DNA from: an uncultured Candidatus Rokubacteria bacterium
GTDB taxonomy: Bacteria; Methylomirabilota; Methylomirabilia; Rokubacteriales; DASRDR01
Reading direction: 5' to 3'
NCBI GenBank assembly: GCA_963805625.1
Contig: CAWDVE010000018.1
Span: forward strand, 64,001 to 128,000
Length of the DNA stretch: 64,000 bases
The position numbers and the translations under genes are program-made. Shown piece by piece: positions 47,392-57,651 of this stretch; the stretch's first letter is position 1; each line of letters opens with the position of its first letter. The notes beneath the pieces were generated by a model that did no database searches, had not been told where the DNA came from, and saw only the letters and a program-made list of their open reading frames with translations.

Positions 47392-49302
47392 ATGCGGATC
47401 GGTCGCGGCTGGCTCGCGATCGGGCTCATGCTCACGCTCGGCGTCGCGGTGGGACCCGTCGCCATCGGCGGCCCCGGCGGGGAGGCGCCCGCCCTGGCCA
47501 AGCTCGTGGCCGCCGGTCAGCTCCCACCGCTCGCCCAGCGCCTCCCGGAGCGCCCGCGTGTCCTGGCCACGGACCCCGGGGCGGTCTACGGGGGCGATCT
47601 CCGGATGCTCATCGGCACCCTGAAGGACATGAAGCTGGCCTTCGTGTACGGCTACGCTCGGTTGGTGGGCTTCGACCGTGACTATCGGCTCGTGCCTGAC
47701 ATCGCCGAGCGGGTCGAGGTCGCGGAGGGAGGCCGAAGCTTCACCTTCTACCTCCGCAAGGGGCATCGCTGGTCGGACGGGGCGCCGTTCACCAGCGCGG
47801 ACTTCGCCTACTGGTGGAACAACGTCGCCAACGACGACGAGCTCTCGCCGGGCGGGCCGCCGGCCACCCTCCGGGTCGACGGCGAGATGCCCCGGGTCAC
47901 CTTCCCCGACCCGTGGACAGTCCGGTACCGCTGGACCCAGCCCAACAACCTCTTCCTTCCCGACCAGGCCGGGGCGTATCCGACCATCCTCTTCAGGCCG
48001 GCGCACTATCTGAAGCAGTTCCATCGCGCCTTCAACAATCCCGACGCGCTCCGGAAGCTGGCGCGCGCCGAGGGCCGCCGGAACTGGGCGGCGCTGCACA
48101 ACAAGAAGGACTCGATGTACGTGATGGACAATCCCGATCTCCCCACGCTCCAGCCCTGGCACCCCACGGTGGGGCCGCCGGCCCAGGTCTTCGTCGCGGA
48201 ACGGAACCCCTACTTCCACCGCGTGGACGAGCGCGGCCGGCAGCTCCCCTACATCGACCGCCTCGTCATGATCCTCGTGGAGCGGGCGGTGATCTCGGTG
48301 AAGACGTCCACGGGCGAGGCGGATCTCCAGGCGCGATACCTGTCGTTCGACCAGGTCCCGTTCCTCCGCAAGAACGAGCGCCTCGCCGGCTACCGTGTCC
48401 ACCTGTGGAACACCGGCGTGCCCTCCACAGTGGCCATCTACCCGAACCTCACGACGAGCGAGCCGGTCATGCGGAAGCTCTTCCTCGACCGGCGATTCCG
48501 CCAGGCGCTTTCCCTCGGCATCAACCGGGAGGAGATCAACCAGATCCTCTACTATGGCCTCGGTCTGCCGGGCCAGAACACGGTCCTCAAAAGCCCGGCG
48601 GGCCACGAAGAGCCCCGGATGGCCTACGCTCGGTTCGACCTGGTGCAGGCGAACCGGCTCCTCGACGAGATGGGCCTCACGGCGCGCGACGGGCGCGGAT
48701 TCCGCCTGCGGCCGGACGGCCAGCGCCTCGACCTCATCGTGGAGACGTCCGGGGACGAGGCCGAGCACACCGACGTGCTGGAGCTCGTGAAGGACACGTG
48801 GGCCGATCTAGGCATCGAGCTTCTGATCCGTCCGAGCCAGCTCGAGGTGTTTCGGCGCCGGGTCTTCTCGGGTGAGGCGATGATGAGCGCTTACTACGGG
48901 AACTTCGGATTCGGGCTCCCCACGCCGGACATGAGCCCGGACTGGCTCGCGCCGGTCAGCCAGCAGCAGCTCCAGTGGCCCAAGTGGGGCGCGTACTACG
49001 AGAGCAAGGGTCATGAGGGTGAGGCGCCGACGCTCCCGGCGGCCCGGCGCCTCGTCGAGCTCTACCAGCGGTGGCTCGTGTCGGGCAACGCCGACGAGCG
49101 GGCCCGCGTCTGGGCGGAGCTGCTCGACATCAACGCCGAGGAGGTATTCACAATCGGCATCGTCGGTGGAACGCTCCAGCCGATCGTGGTGAAGAACGGT
49201 CTCCGTGGCGTGCCGGTCAAGGGCGTCTACGCTTGGGAGCCCGGCTCACATTTCGGGATCTACACCCCCGACACCTTCTACTGGGAGAACGGCCACCGGT
49301 AA
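47392..49302 (+). CDS. ABC substrate-binding protein family 5
   Basis: GGAGG RBS; GQLPPLAQRLP, YGG, RWSDGAPFTSAD, RNPYFHRVD..G.QLPYID. Confidence 0.92.
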   Translation: MRIGRGWLAIGLMLTLGVAVGPVAIGGPGGEAPALAKLVAAGQLPPLAQRLPERPRVLATDPGAVYGGDLRMLIGTLKDMKLAFVYGYARLVGFDRDYRLVPDIAERVEVAEGGRSFTFYLRKGHRWSDGAPFTSADFAYWWNNVANDDELSPGGPPATLRVDGEMPRVTFPDPWTVRYRWTQPNNLFLPDQAGAYPTILFRPAHYLKQFHRAFNNPDALRKLARAEGRRNWAALHNKKDSMYVMDNPDLPTLQPWHPTVGPPAQVFVAERNPYFHRVDERGRQLPYIDRLVMILVERAVISVKTSTGEADLQARYLSFDQVPFLRKNERLAGYRVHLWNTGVPSTVAIYPNLTTSEPVMRKLFLDRRFRQALSLGINREEINQILYYGLGLPGQNTVLKSPAGHEEPRMAYARFDLVQANRLLDEMGLTARDGRGFRLRPDGQRLDLIVETSGDEAEHTDVLELVKDTWADLGIELLIRPSQLEVFRRRVFSGEAMMSAYYGNFGFGLPTPDMSPDWLAPVSQQQLQWPKWGAYYESKGHEGEAPTLPAARRLVELYQRWLVSGNADERARVWAELLDINAEEVFTIGIVGGTLQPIVVKNGLRGVPVKGVYAWEPGSHFGIYTPDTFYWENGHR

Positions 49303-49353
49303 GCCGGGCGGCCACGGGGCTCGTGGCCGCCCGGCTCGGCGGGCGGGCGCGGG

Positions 49354-49950
49354 CTACTTGAGGCGGGTGAACGCGGCGGCCGGGACCGGGACGGGCTTGG
49401 CCTTGGCGTCGCCGCCCGGCGGCACCCAGCGGAGCACGAGGGTGGCCGTGCGCTTCTTCTCGTAGTACAGCACCTGGATCGGATACCAGCCCGGCTCGTC
49501 GATCTTCACGTCGATCCGATCCGAGGTGTCGTCCGCGTGGACCGAGGGATCCTCGTAGAGCAGCTTGCCGCCGATCTCCACCCGCACGCCGTCATTGGAC
49601 GTGACGTCAAAGCCATACGTGCCGGGCTTCTCGAAGCGGATGAATCCGGTGATGAGGGCGCCGACCCCGTCGCGCTCCTTGGTCGTGAGGATGGCCCCCT
49701 CGCCCATTCGGTAATCGAGATGCTGAAGCGGTGCGCCGGGCTCGAACTTCTTGGTCTTGAACTCGTTGATGTGATTGAAGATGCCGAAGACGTAGCTCAC
49801 CGCCAGGCCGGGCGCGAGCTTGTCGGGCGACGGTTGGGGCTCCGCCGCCTTGAGTCCGGTCAGCATCTGGGCGCTCGCCGTCGTAAGAGCGACGATCATC
49901 GCGCCCGCCACCATCGCCCCGGTGATGCCCCGAATGGGTCGTCCGGTCAT
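49354..49950 (-). CDS. secreted PA14-domain protein
   Basis: signal peptide; ITGFIRFEKPGTYGFDVTSNDG, GWYPIQVLYYE, LVLRW. Confidence 0.85.
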   Translation of the reverse strand: MTGRPIRGITGAMVAGAMIVALTTASAQMLTGLKAAEPQPSPDKLAPGLAVSYVFGIFNHINEFKTKKFEPGAPLQHLDYRMGEGAILTTKERDGVGALITGFIRFEKPGTYGFDVTSNDGVRVEIGGKLLYEDPSVHADDTSDRIDVKIDEPGWYPIQVLYYEKKRTATLVLRWVPPGGDAKAKPVPVPAAAFTRLK

Positions 49951-50071
49951 CGTGTCACTCCTGTCTTGAGTGCGTTCGAGTCGAACACGCCGGCCCCTGA
50001 CACCCTGGGCCTCGATCCTAGGACATCGCCTCCGGCGACACAAGCGCCCTGACTCCTGCGCCGGACACCTC

Positions 50072-50527
50072 TCACGAGTGGCTCTGGTGTTGCTGCAGGA
50101 GCGCGCTCGACCGCTCGAGGCGCTGCGCGAGCACGCTCATGACCTGCATGCTGATCTCCGGGCTCTGCCGGACCAGGTCCAGGAACACGTCGGCGGAGAT
50201 CTTGAAGGTGACCACGCGATCCCGGGCACGGACGGTGGCCGTGCGCCGCCCCTTGGAGATCACGGCCGTCTCCCCGAACAGGCTGTTTTGGCCCATGGTC
50301 GTCAGGATGATCTCGTGCCCGTCGGCATCCTGGAGGAGGACCTCCGCCTCGCCCTCGGTCACGATGTAGACCGCGTCGGCTCGATCACCCTGTCGGACGA
50401 TCACCTCGCCGGGAGCGAACTCCACCACCTCCGCGGTGTAGGCGATCAGCTTCAGCCGGGCCGTCGGCAGCCCGGTAAAGAGGGGAATCTTTCGGAGGGT
50501 CTCGACGTCGCGTTCGAGCGGCTGCAT
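50072..50527 (-). CDS. stand-alone cyclic-nucleotide-binding domain protein
   Basis: LRKIPLF, QGD..DAVYIV..G, FGE..VI...RRTATVRA; no HTH. Confidence 0.9.
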   Translation of the reverse strand: MQPLERDVETLRKIPLFTGLPTARLKLIAYTAEVVEFAPGEVIVRQGDRADAVYIVTEGEAEVLLQDADGHEIILTTMGQNSLFGETAVISKGRRTATVRARDRVVTFKISADVFLDLVRQSPEISMQVMSVLAQRLERSSALLQQHQSHS

Positions 50528-50528
50528 G

Positions 50529-53120
50529 TCAGTCCTCTCCCGTGACCCGCACACCGGCCTGGGTCGCGAGCCGGTGCAGCACGCCCTGCTCCCGGGCAAT
50601 CAACTCCCGGTACGTGCCCGTCTCCACGACCGCCCCGGCGTCCAGGATCACCACGAGGTCGTAGAGGCGCGCGAGGTCCGGGCGCTCCACGGCTGCGATC
50701 ACGGTCCGGTCCTTCATGAACTCGAGCACCCGCCGGTGCAGGTCCATGCGCTCCCCCGGCTCGAGCGCGGTCATCGCACCGTCGAGGATGAGGATGTCCG
50801 GCCGTTTGAGCAGCACGCGGGCCAGCGCCATCCGCTGGCGCTGGGGTAGCGACAGGCGGCCACCGAACAGCCCCACGTGGTGATCGAGCCCCACCTCCAG
50901 CACGAGCGCTCGCAGACCCTCCGTTTCCAGGATCTCCTCGACGATGGCGTTGACCTTCTTCACGGCCAGGCTGCTCGTGGCGACCACCTTGCCGAAGAGC
51001 AGGTTGTCGAGAAGGGTCCCGTCCGTGAAGTATCGTTCCCGGTCGTACGGCACGAACGACACCGCCAGATCCGGGGGCAGCGTCTCGGCAAACTGGTGCC
51101 GCGCCGCGAGCACCTTGGCAATGAACGGCTCGTCGATCCGGCCCAGCCGGTGCCGGGCGGGGATTAGCCGCAGCGCGAGGCGGACCAGCCGGTCCCGGTC
51201 CGCCACGGCCAGCCCAGTGGCGCCCCCCCGGCCGAGCCGCGCGACCACCTGCGCGTACTCGGGCAGCTCGCTGGCCGTGAGCAGGCTGAAGCGCGCGAAG
51301 AGCTCGTTGTCCGCCGCGATGTCCTTGAAGATCTCGACCATGTCCCGCGCCACATCGGCGCCGAGCTCCACCAGCGGCCCCTCCAGCTCCGCCGCGGCGA
51401 GCACCGCGCGGAAGTGCGGATGCTGGGAGAGCTGCTCGAGCGCCAGCGCGGCATGCGCGCTGTGGCCGAAGAGGATGTTCTCCCCGATCGACGCGTAGGA
51501 GGAGAAGTGGTCCCGGTCGAAGAACTCGACGGCCGTCTCCTGCTGCTCGCGGGCGAAGCGCTCGGCCACCAGGAGCCGCGTGGCCAAGATCCGCGCGGCC
51601 ACATCCGGGTGCCGCGCCGGATCGACCCGGGAGCGCAGGCCGAACGCGAAGAGGTCGTCCTCGAGGCCCACCAAGCGCACGGCCTCCAGGGCGACCGCGA
51701 TGAGCCCCGTCCGGTCCGACACCTCGAGCGGGGACAGGTCAAGCCAGTCCTCGTTGCCCAGGCCCAGCTCGGCCTTGGTCTCGGGCGCCTCGGCCCGTCG
51801 GTGCCGGAGCCCGTAGAACAGGTTGTCCAGGACCGAGCCTGTGAAGAGCCGGGCGTCGGAGGGGACGAAGCCGATCGCGCGCCCGGCCACCCCGGAAGGG
51901 AACTGGGCCAGGTCCGTCCCGTCCAGCAGGATCGTCCCCGTGAAGCCCGTCAGCTTCGCCAGGACGAGGGCCAGCGTGCTCTTGCCGCTACCAGATGTAC
52001 CGGCCAGGGCCACGTGCTGGCGGGGCGACAGGCTGAGCTGCAGGTGGTCCAGCGCGTGCGTCCGCCCATCCAGCACGACACTGGCCTGGCGGAGATCGTA
52101 GGCCCCGGCCAAAGGCGGTGGGCGCTCGGGCGCGGCGTCGTCCCGGGCGAACTCCGTCCGGAGTCCCGGCGGATCGAAGTTCGCGATGACCTGTTCGTAC
52201 TTGACCCGCGCGTTCTCCTTCAGCTGGAAGAAGTTGATCAGCTCCCGCCACGGCTCGTTGAGCTGGCTGTACGCCTGGAGAAAGGCGACCAGGATTCCGA
52301 GGTTGAACGTCTCGGGGTGATTGATGATGAGCCACCCGCCCACAAGCAGCAGGAGGAACTGGCCGAATTTCTCCAGGAAGTTGTTGATCCACTTGATCAG
52401 GTACTTGAGGTTGTAGATGTTCAGCCGGATCTTGAAGATCCGCTGGAGCATATGCCGGAACCGGCCCGATTCATAGGCCGCCGTGTCGTTGGCGTAGATC
52501 TCCTGCAGGCCGCCCACGGACTCCTGGATCCGGTCGGACAGTCCGCGCACCAAGCGCACGCGATCCCGGGACATCGCCGTCACCTTACGCTGGAGCCGCC
52601 GGATGAAGACGATCTGGATCGGAAAGAGCACCATGCTCACGAGCGCCATCCACGGGTTGGCGTACACCATGTACCCGAGCGTGCCGAGCAGCATGGCGCC
52701 GTGGAATGCGGGCGTGGAGAGCGCCAGGCCAAAGTATCCGCCGAGATCCTCCACCTCGCCCAGGATCATCGCCACGAGCTGTCCGGTCGAGGTGCTCTTC
52801 AGGTGGAGCAGCGGGAACCGCAGGATCCGATTGTAGAGCTCGCCCCGGAGATCCCGGAGCATGGTCTCGGAGATGTATCCCTCGAGGTTCTGCTTCACGT
52901 ACTTGAGGGCCCCGTTCAGGATCACGGCTCCCAGGAAGCCGCCGCAGAGCCAGAGGAGGGCGTCGAAGTTCCGCTGCCCGATGGCCTGGTTGATGATGCG
53001 CTTCTGGAGGTCGAGCATGAACGGGTTCAGCCCGAGCCCGAGAACGAAGCTGATGGCGATCAGGATGAGCTGCGGCCGGAGGCTTCGCTTGATGATGTAG
53101 CGGTGGAGATTTCGTTCCAC
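50529..53120 (-). CDS. ABC exporter (TMD+NBD) with a large insertion and degenerate NBD motifs
   Basis: N-terminal TMD; Walker A GTSGSGKST; long insert; signature LSLPQ; Walker B ILILDG. Confidence 0.88.
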   Translation of the reverse strand: MERNLHRYIIKRSLRPQLILIAISFVLGLGLNPFMLDLQKRIINQAIGQRNFDALLWLCGGFLGAVILNGALKYVKQNLEGYISETMLRDLRGELYNRILRFPLLHLKSTSTGQLVAMILGEVEDLGGYFGLALSTPAFHGAMLLGTLGYMVYANPWMALVSMVLFPIQIVFIRRLQRKVTAMSRDRVRLVRGLSDRIQESVGGLQEIYANDTAAYESGRFRHMLQRIFKIRLNIYNLKYLIKWINNFLEKFGQFLLLLVGGWLIINHPETFNLGILVAFLQAYSQLNEPWRELINFFQLKENARVKYEQVIANFDPPGLRTEFARDDAAPERPPPLAGAYDLRQASVVLDGRTHALDHLQLSLSPRQHVALAGTSGSGKSTLALVLAKLTGFTGTILLDGTDLAQFPSGVAGRAIGFVPSDARLFTGSVLDNLFYGLRHRRAEAPETKAELGLGNEDWLDLSPLEVSDRTGLIAVALEAVRLVGLEDDLFAFGLRSRVDPARHPDVAARILATRLLVAERFAREQQETAVEFFDRDHFSSYASIGENILFGHSAHAALALEQLSQHPHFRAVLAAAELEGPLVELGADVARDMVEIFKDIAADNELFARFSLLTASELPEYAQVVARLGRGGATGLAVADRDRLVRLALRLIPARHRLGRIDEPFIAKVLAARHQFAETLPPDLAVSFVPYDRERYFTDGTLLDNLLFGKVVATSSLAVKKVNAIVEEILETEGLRALVLEVGLDHHVGLFGGRLSLPQRQRMALARVLLKRPDILILDGAMTALEPGERMDLHRRVLEFMKDRTVIAAVERPDLARLYDLVVILDAGAVVETGTYRELIAREQGVLHRLATQAGVRVTGED

Positions 53121-53135
53121 GGGCGTGGTCCGTGC

Positions 53136-54278
53136 CTAGGCGTACGGGTCGGCGGCGTCCCGGAGTCCGTCGCCCAGGAAGTTGAAGGCCAGGACCGTCA
53201 GCACGACCATGACCACGGGCGTGAGCAGCCACGGATAGAGCGCGACCGCGTTCATGTTCTGCGCCTCGGAGAGGAGCACTCCCCAGCTCGTGATGGGGGG
53301 GCGGAGCCCGAGCCCCAGGAAGGACAGGGCCGTCTCGCCGAGGATCATGTTCGGGATGGACAAGGTTGCCGAGACGATCAGGTGGCTCGTGAAGGCGGGC
53401 AGGAGGTGCCGCCGGATGATGTACGGGGGGGAGCCACCCATGAGGACCGCGGCGGTGGCGAAGTCCTCCTCGCGTACCGCGAGGAGCTTTCCGCGCACGC
53501 TGCGGGCGAGCCCGGTCCACTCGAGGACCCCCAGGATCAGGGTGATGCCGACGTAGACGAGGATCGGATCCCAGCGGGGTGGCAGGGCAGCGGACAGCGC
53601 CATCCACAGCGGCAATTCGGGAAACGCGCGGATCACCTCGATGAGGCGCTGGATCACGATGTCGATGGTCCCGCCGTAGTAGCCCGACAGCCCACCGAAC
53701 ACCAGCGCCAGCACGAAGCTCACCGAGATCCCCAGCAGTCCGACGGTGAGCGAGATACGCGCCCCGTGGATGATCCTCGAGAGCATGTCCCGCCCCAGGC
53801 GGTCCGTCCCGAGCAGGAACACCGTCCCGCCCTCCTCGACGCCAAACAGATGCCGATCCGCCCGCCACCACCCCCACATCCGGTACGGCTCCCCGGGCGC
53901 GAGAAAATGGAGGCGGTACAGACGCGAGCGGTCCTCGCGATACTCGCGCTTGAGGTTCTCCATGTTGACCGTGAGGAGCTGCCCGTAGACGAACGGCCCC
54001 AGGAACCGGCCCTCGTGGAAGAGGTGCACCCGCTGGGGCGGGAAGAACACGTGGTTCGGATGGCGGCTGCGCAGCTCGTACGGCGCCAGGAATTCGACGA
54101 ACGGGATCGTCGCGTAGAGCGCCACCAGGAACCACAGCGAGAGCATCGCGAAGCGATGCCGCCGGAGGCGCCACCAGATGAGCTGCCACTGGGAGGCGAA
54201 ATAGTAGCGCTCCTGCTCGGAGAGGCGCGGGCGCTCCGCGGCGACCGGCAGCGCCTCCGTGGCGGGAATGGTGCTCAT
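53136..54278 (-). CDS. Dpp/Opp ABC permease (DppC-like)
   Basis: LLGTDRLGRD, EEDFATAA, LSFLGLGLRPPITSWG, GLRDAADPY. Confidence 0.92.
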   Translation of the reverse strand: MSTIPATEALPVAAERPRLSEQERYYFASQWQLIWWRLRRHRFAMLSLWFLVALYATIPFVEFLAPYELRSRHPNHVFFPPQRVHLFHEGRFLGPFVYGQLLTVNMENLKREYREDRSRLYRLHFLAPGEPYRMWGWWRADRHLFGVEEGGTVFLLGTDRLGRDMLSRIIHGARISLTVGLLGISVSFVLALVFGGLSGYYGGTIDIVIQRLIEVIRAFPELPLWMALSAALPPRWDPILVYVGITLILGVLEWTGLARSVRGKLLAVREEDFATAAVLMGGSPPYIIRRHLLPAFTSHLIVSATLSIPNMILGETALSFLGLGLRPPITSWGVLLSEAQNMNAVALYPWLLTPVVMVVLTVLAFNFLGDGLRDAADPYA

Positions 54279-55273
54279 CGGGATTGCCCGCTTCCCTGGC
54301 GAATCCGCGGATCCAGCGCCGCCAGGGCGAGATCGGAGAGGAAGACGCCGATCACCGTGAGCGTCGCCAGGAGCATCAGGAACGAGCCGGCGAGATACAT
54401 GTCCTGCGCCCGGAGCGCGCGCAGGAGGATGGGTCCGGTCGTCGGGAGGGACAGCACGATGGAGACGATGATCGCCCCCGAGATGACCTGCGGCAGCAGG
54501 TTACCGATGTCGCCGATGAAGGGGTTCAGCGCGATGCGGAGCGGATACTTGAGCAGGATGCGCCGCGGGGCCAAGCCCTTGGCGCGGGCCGTGACGACGT
54601 AGGGCCGGCGGAGCTCGTCCAGCAGGTTCGCGCGCAGACGGCGGATCATGGCGGCCGTGCCCGACGTCCCGATGACGATCACCGGGATCCACAGGTGCTG
54701 AAGCAGATCCCACGCCCGGGCCCAGCTCCACGCGGCGTTCTGCATGTCCGGCGAGAACAGCCCCCCCACGCTCGTCCCGAAATACGTGAACGAGATGAAC
54801 ATCAGGATCAGCGCGAGCAGGAAGTTGGGCGTCGCCAGGCCGAGGAAGCCGACGAGCGTGAGCCCGTGGTCGGCCCAGCCGTACTGGTGGGTCGCCGAGT
54901 AGACGCCAATCGGAAACGCCATCAGCCACGTGAAGAGGATCGAGCCGAACGAGACGACGAAGGTGAGCAGCAGCCGCTCGCCGATGATGTCGGCAACCGG
55001 CCGGTCGTACTCGAACGAGTAGCCCAGGTCGCCCTGGACGAGGCCCGAGACCCACAGCCAGTACTGCTTCCAGAGCGGCTGATCGAGCCCGAACTGCTGA
55101 CGAAGGAACTCGACCTTCTGGAGGTCCGCGCGCTCGCCAGACGCCTCGAGGTCGCTGATCAGCGTCGTCAGGAAGTCGCCGGGCGGGAGCTGGATGATCA
55201 CGAAGGTGACCACCGAGATCAGGAACAAGGTTGGCAGCATGAGCAGCATGCGCTGGATGAGATAGCGCCCCAT
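54275..55273 (-). CDS. Dpp/Opp ABC permease (DppB-like)
   Basis: LPPGD, GLDQP, GDLGYS, YVVTARAKG. Confidence 0.92.
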   Translation of the reverse strand: MGRYLIQRMLLMLPTLFLISVVTFVIIQLPPGDFLTTLISDLEASGERADLQKVEFLRQQFGLDQPLWKQYWLWVSGLVQGDLGYSFEYDRPVADIIGERLLLTFVVSFGSILFTWLMAFPIGVYSATHQYGWADHGLTLVGFLGLATPNFLLALILMFISFTYFGTSVGGLFSPDMQNAAWSWARAWDLLQHLWIPVIVIGTSGTAAMIRRLRANLLDELRRPYVVTARAKGLAPRRILLKYPLRIALNPFIGDIGNLLPQVISGAIIVSIVLSLPTTGPILLRALRAQDMYLAGSFLMLLATLTVIGVFLSDLALAALDPRIRQGSGQSR

Positions 55274-55318
55274 CGTCAGCGCCCTTCAGGGCCGCGTCGC
55301 GCGGGATTCACGGCTGCC

Positions 55319-56365
55319 TCACGCGCTCCGCACGGCCGGCCGGCGTGGCAGCGGCGTCAGCTGGAGCTCTTCGGCCCGGTGGCACCGCGCGAGGTGGTCC
55401 GGCGCAACCGCGCGGATCACGGGCGTCTCGACCCGGCATCGCTCGATGGCGTATGGGCAGCGGAGGGCGTAGGCGCACCCGGGGATGCCGCCCGCCACCG
55501 GTGTCGACGCGTCGCGCGCCGCCCCGAGCGTGGCGCCCCGGAGCCGGGGGTCGGGCCGGAGGACCGCCGCCAGGAGCGTCTCGGTGTAGGGGTGTCGGGG
55601 GCGCTCGAAAAGCTGTCGCTTCGAGGCCAGCTCGACGATCCGGCCCGCGTACATCACGGCGATACGGTCCGCGACGTAGTCGATGACCGCCAGGTTGTGG
55701 GAGATGAACAGGTATGTGAGCCCGAGCTCGGTCTGGAGGTCCTTCAGGAGGTTCAAAACCTGGGCCTGGACCGAGACGTCGAGCGCCGAGACCGGCTCGT
55801 CGCAGACGACGAGCTCCGGGTTGAGCGCGAGCGCGCGCGCGATCCCGATCCGCTGGCGCTGGCCGCCGGAGAAGGAGTGCGGGTAGCGCCGGAGGTACTG
55901 GACGTTCAGTCCGACCATCCCCATCAGCGCCTTCACGCGCTCCTGGATCTCCTCGCGGGACCCGCGCCGGTGGATCCAGAGGGGCTCCCCGATGATCTCG
56001 CCGACCGGCATGCGCGGGTTCAAGGACGAGAACGGATCCTGGAAGATCATCTGGATGTGGGGCCGGAGGGCGCGCAGGGCCCGCCCCTTCAGGAGGTCGA
56101 CCCGCACGGCCTGCCCCCCCCCGACGTGAAACAGGATCTCGCCCCGCGTGGGCCTGAGCGCCCGCAGGACGAGGCGCGCTGTCGTCGTCTTTCCGCAGCC
56201 GCTCTCGCCGACGAGGCCGAGTGTCTCGCCCTTCGCGACGTCGAAGCTCACCCCCTCCACGGCGATGACGGTGCCGACCTGTCGCCGCGCGAGACCGGCC
56301 AGCCAGGGCTGGAAGAGGGGAAAGTGCTTCGTGAGATCTCGTACCTCGAGCAGGGGCTCGCTCAC
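55319..56365 (-). CDS. Dpp/Opp ABC ATPase (DppF-like)
   Basis: [28 protein letters not shown]. Confidence 0.93.
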   Translation of the reverse strand: MSEPLLEVRDLTKHFPLFQPWLAGLARRQVGTVIAVEGVSFDVAKGETLGLVGESGCGKTTTARLVLRALRPTRGEILFHVGGGQAVRVDLLKGRALRALRPHIQMIFQDPFSSLNPRMPVGEIIGEPLWIHRRGSREEIQERVKALMGMVGLNVQYLRRYPHSFSGGQRQRIGIARALALNPELVVCDEPVSALDVSVQAQVLNLLKDLQTELGLTYLFISHNLAVIDYVADRIAVMYAGRIVELASKRQLFERPRHPYTETLLAAVLRPDPRLRGATLGAARDASTPVAGGIPGCAYALRCPYAIERCRVETPVIRAVAPDHLARCHRAEELQLTPLPRRPAVRSA

Positions 56366-56368
56366 GCG

Positions 56369-57397
56369 TTAGGCTCCCGCCGGCGCGGTCAGGATCTCGG
56401 GCAGCGAGCCCCGCTTGTAGCAGGCAACCTGCCGGCGGCCGCCCAGGGCTCGCGGGGCGGGCATGGCATCGCCACAGAGGGCGGGCTCGCCCTCCGGACA
56501 CCGCGAGAGGAACGGGCAACCCGGGATGGGCAAGAGCGGGTCGGGGACCGTGCCCGCGATCGTCTGGAGCCGCTCGCCCTCGGTCACGCCGAACTGGGGG
56601 GTGCTGCGGAGGAGCGCTTGCAGATAGGGATGCTGGGGGGCCTCGAACAAATCGCCCACCGGCCCCGTCTCCATGACGTGCCCGCAATACATCACCGTCA
56701 CGAAGTCGGCCACGTGCGCGACCACACCGGGGTCGTGCGTGATGATGATCAGCCCCATGCCGTACTCGCGCTGGAGCCGCACCAAGAGGTCCAGGATCTG
56801 CGCCTGGACCGTCACGTCCAGCGCGGAGGTGGGCTCGTCGGCGATCACGAGGGCTGGACGGCAGACGAGGGCCATCGCGATCATCGCCCGCTGGCGGAGG
56901 CCCCCCGAGAGCTCGAAGGGGTACGCGTCGACCTTCCGCGTCGGCTCCGGGAATCCGACGGCCTCGAGCGCCTCGATGGTCGCCGCCCGGGCCTCGGCCC
57001 GGCCGAACCTCCGATGGAGCCGCACAACCTCCCCGATCTGATTGCCGATCGTGTGCACAGGCGAGAACGCCGTCATCGGCTCCTGGAAGATCATGGACAT
57101 CGCCCCGCCACGGATGGCCCGCATCTTTCGCTCGTCGGCGGCCAGGGTGGTGAGGTCGATGGGGCCGCTGCCCTCCTGGGAGAAGAGGATTCGCCCCGCC
57201 TCGATCCGGGCACGGCTCGGGAGGATCCGCATGATCGACTGGGCCAGGACGCTCTTGCCGGATCCCGACTCCCCGACGACCGCCATGGTCTGGCCGCGAT
57301 CGACTGTGAATGAAACGCCGTTTACCGCCCGGACGATCCCCTCATCGAGGTAGATGGACGTCCGCAGGCCCTGGACCTCCAGCAAGGGGGCGCCCAT
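56369..57397 (-). CDS. Dpp/Opp ABC ATPase (DppD-like)
   Basis: [27 protein letters not shown]. Confidence 0.93.
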   Translation of the reverse strand: MGAPLLEVQGLRTSIYLDEGIVRAVNGVSFTVDRGQTMAVVGESGSGKSVLAQSIMRILPSRARIEAGRILFSQEGSGPIDLTTLAADERKMRAIRGGAMSMIFQEPMTAFSPVHTIGNQIGEVVRLHRRFGRAEARAATIEALEAVGFPEPTRKVDAYPFELSGGLRQRAMIAMALVCRPALVIADEPTSALDVTVQAQILDLLVRLQREYGMGLIIITHDPGVVAHVADFVTVMYCGHVMETGPVGDLFEAPQHPYLQALLRSTPQFGVTEGERLQTIAGTVPDPLLPIPGCPFLSRCPEGEPALCGDAMPAPRALGGRRQVACYKRGSLPEILTAPAGA

Positions 57398-57651
57398 CGA
57401 GGTATCACTACCACTCCGGGCCGATCAGAGGCAAGGGCCCGGCCAGGGCAGCGGGGCGCCTCGGAGGGTCCTGGCCCCCTGCCTGAAGGCTCGACGGGGC
57501 CGCCGCGACATGCTTCCCTTTTCCATGGCTTTTTGATAAACGTGACCTGCCCGGGCGCCGGTCCGTCCGGTTCTAGACCGCCCGGAGGTCACCTACCCCG
57601 GCTCCTGACGCGGCTCGCAAGCCGCCCCGGGGGCCCCCGTGGGAGGGAGAT

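Noticed and set aside
43236-50527. Pycsar-type anti-phage system (cyclase plus cNMP effector)
   Set aside because: The cyclase and cNMP protein are about 6 kb apart in different operons, the cNMP protein has no TIR or TM effector domain, and there is no defence-island context.
51414-57313. Very long plus-strand ORFs (1062 aa and 1009 aa), and similar ones at 1360, 10328, 17110 and 29085
   Set aside because: These are antisense or shifted-frame shadows of well-supported genes; high-GC codon bias removes stops and they carry no family motifs.
57530-57550. FNR/CRP-like half site TTGAT in the AT-rich divergent region of the GT cluster
   Set aside because: The second half-site (ATCAA/TCACA) is absent, so it is too weak to call.
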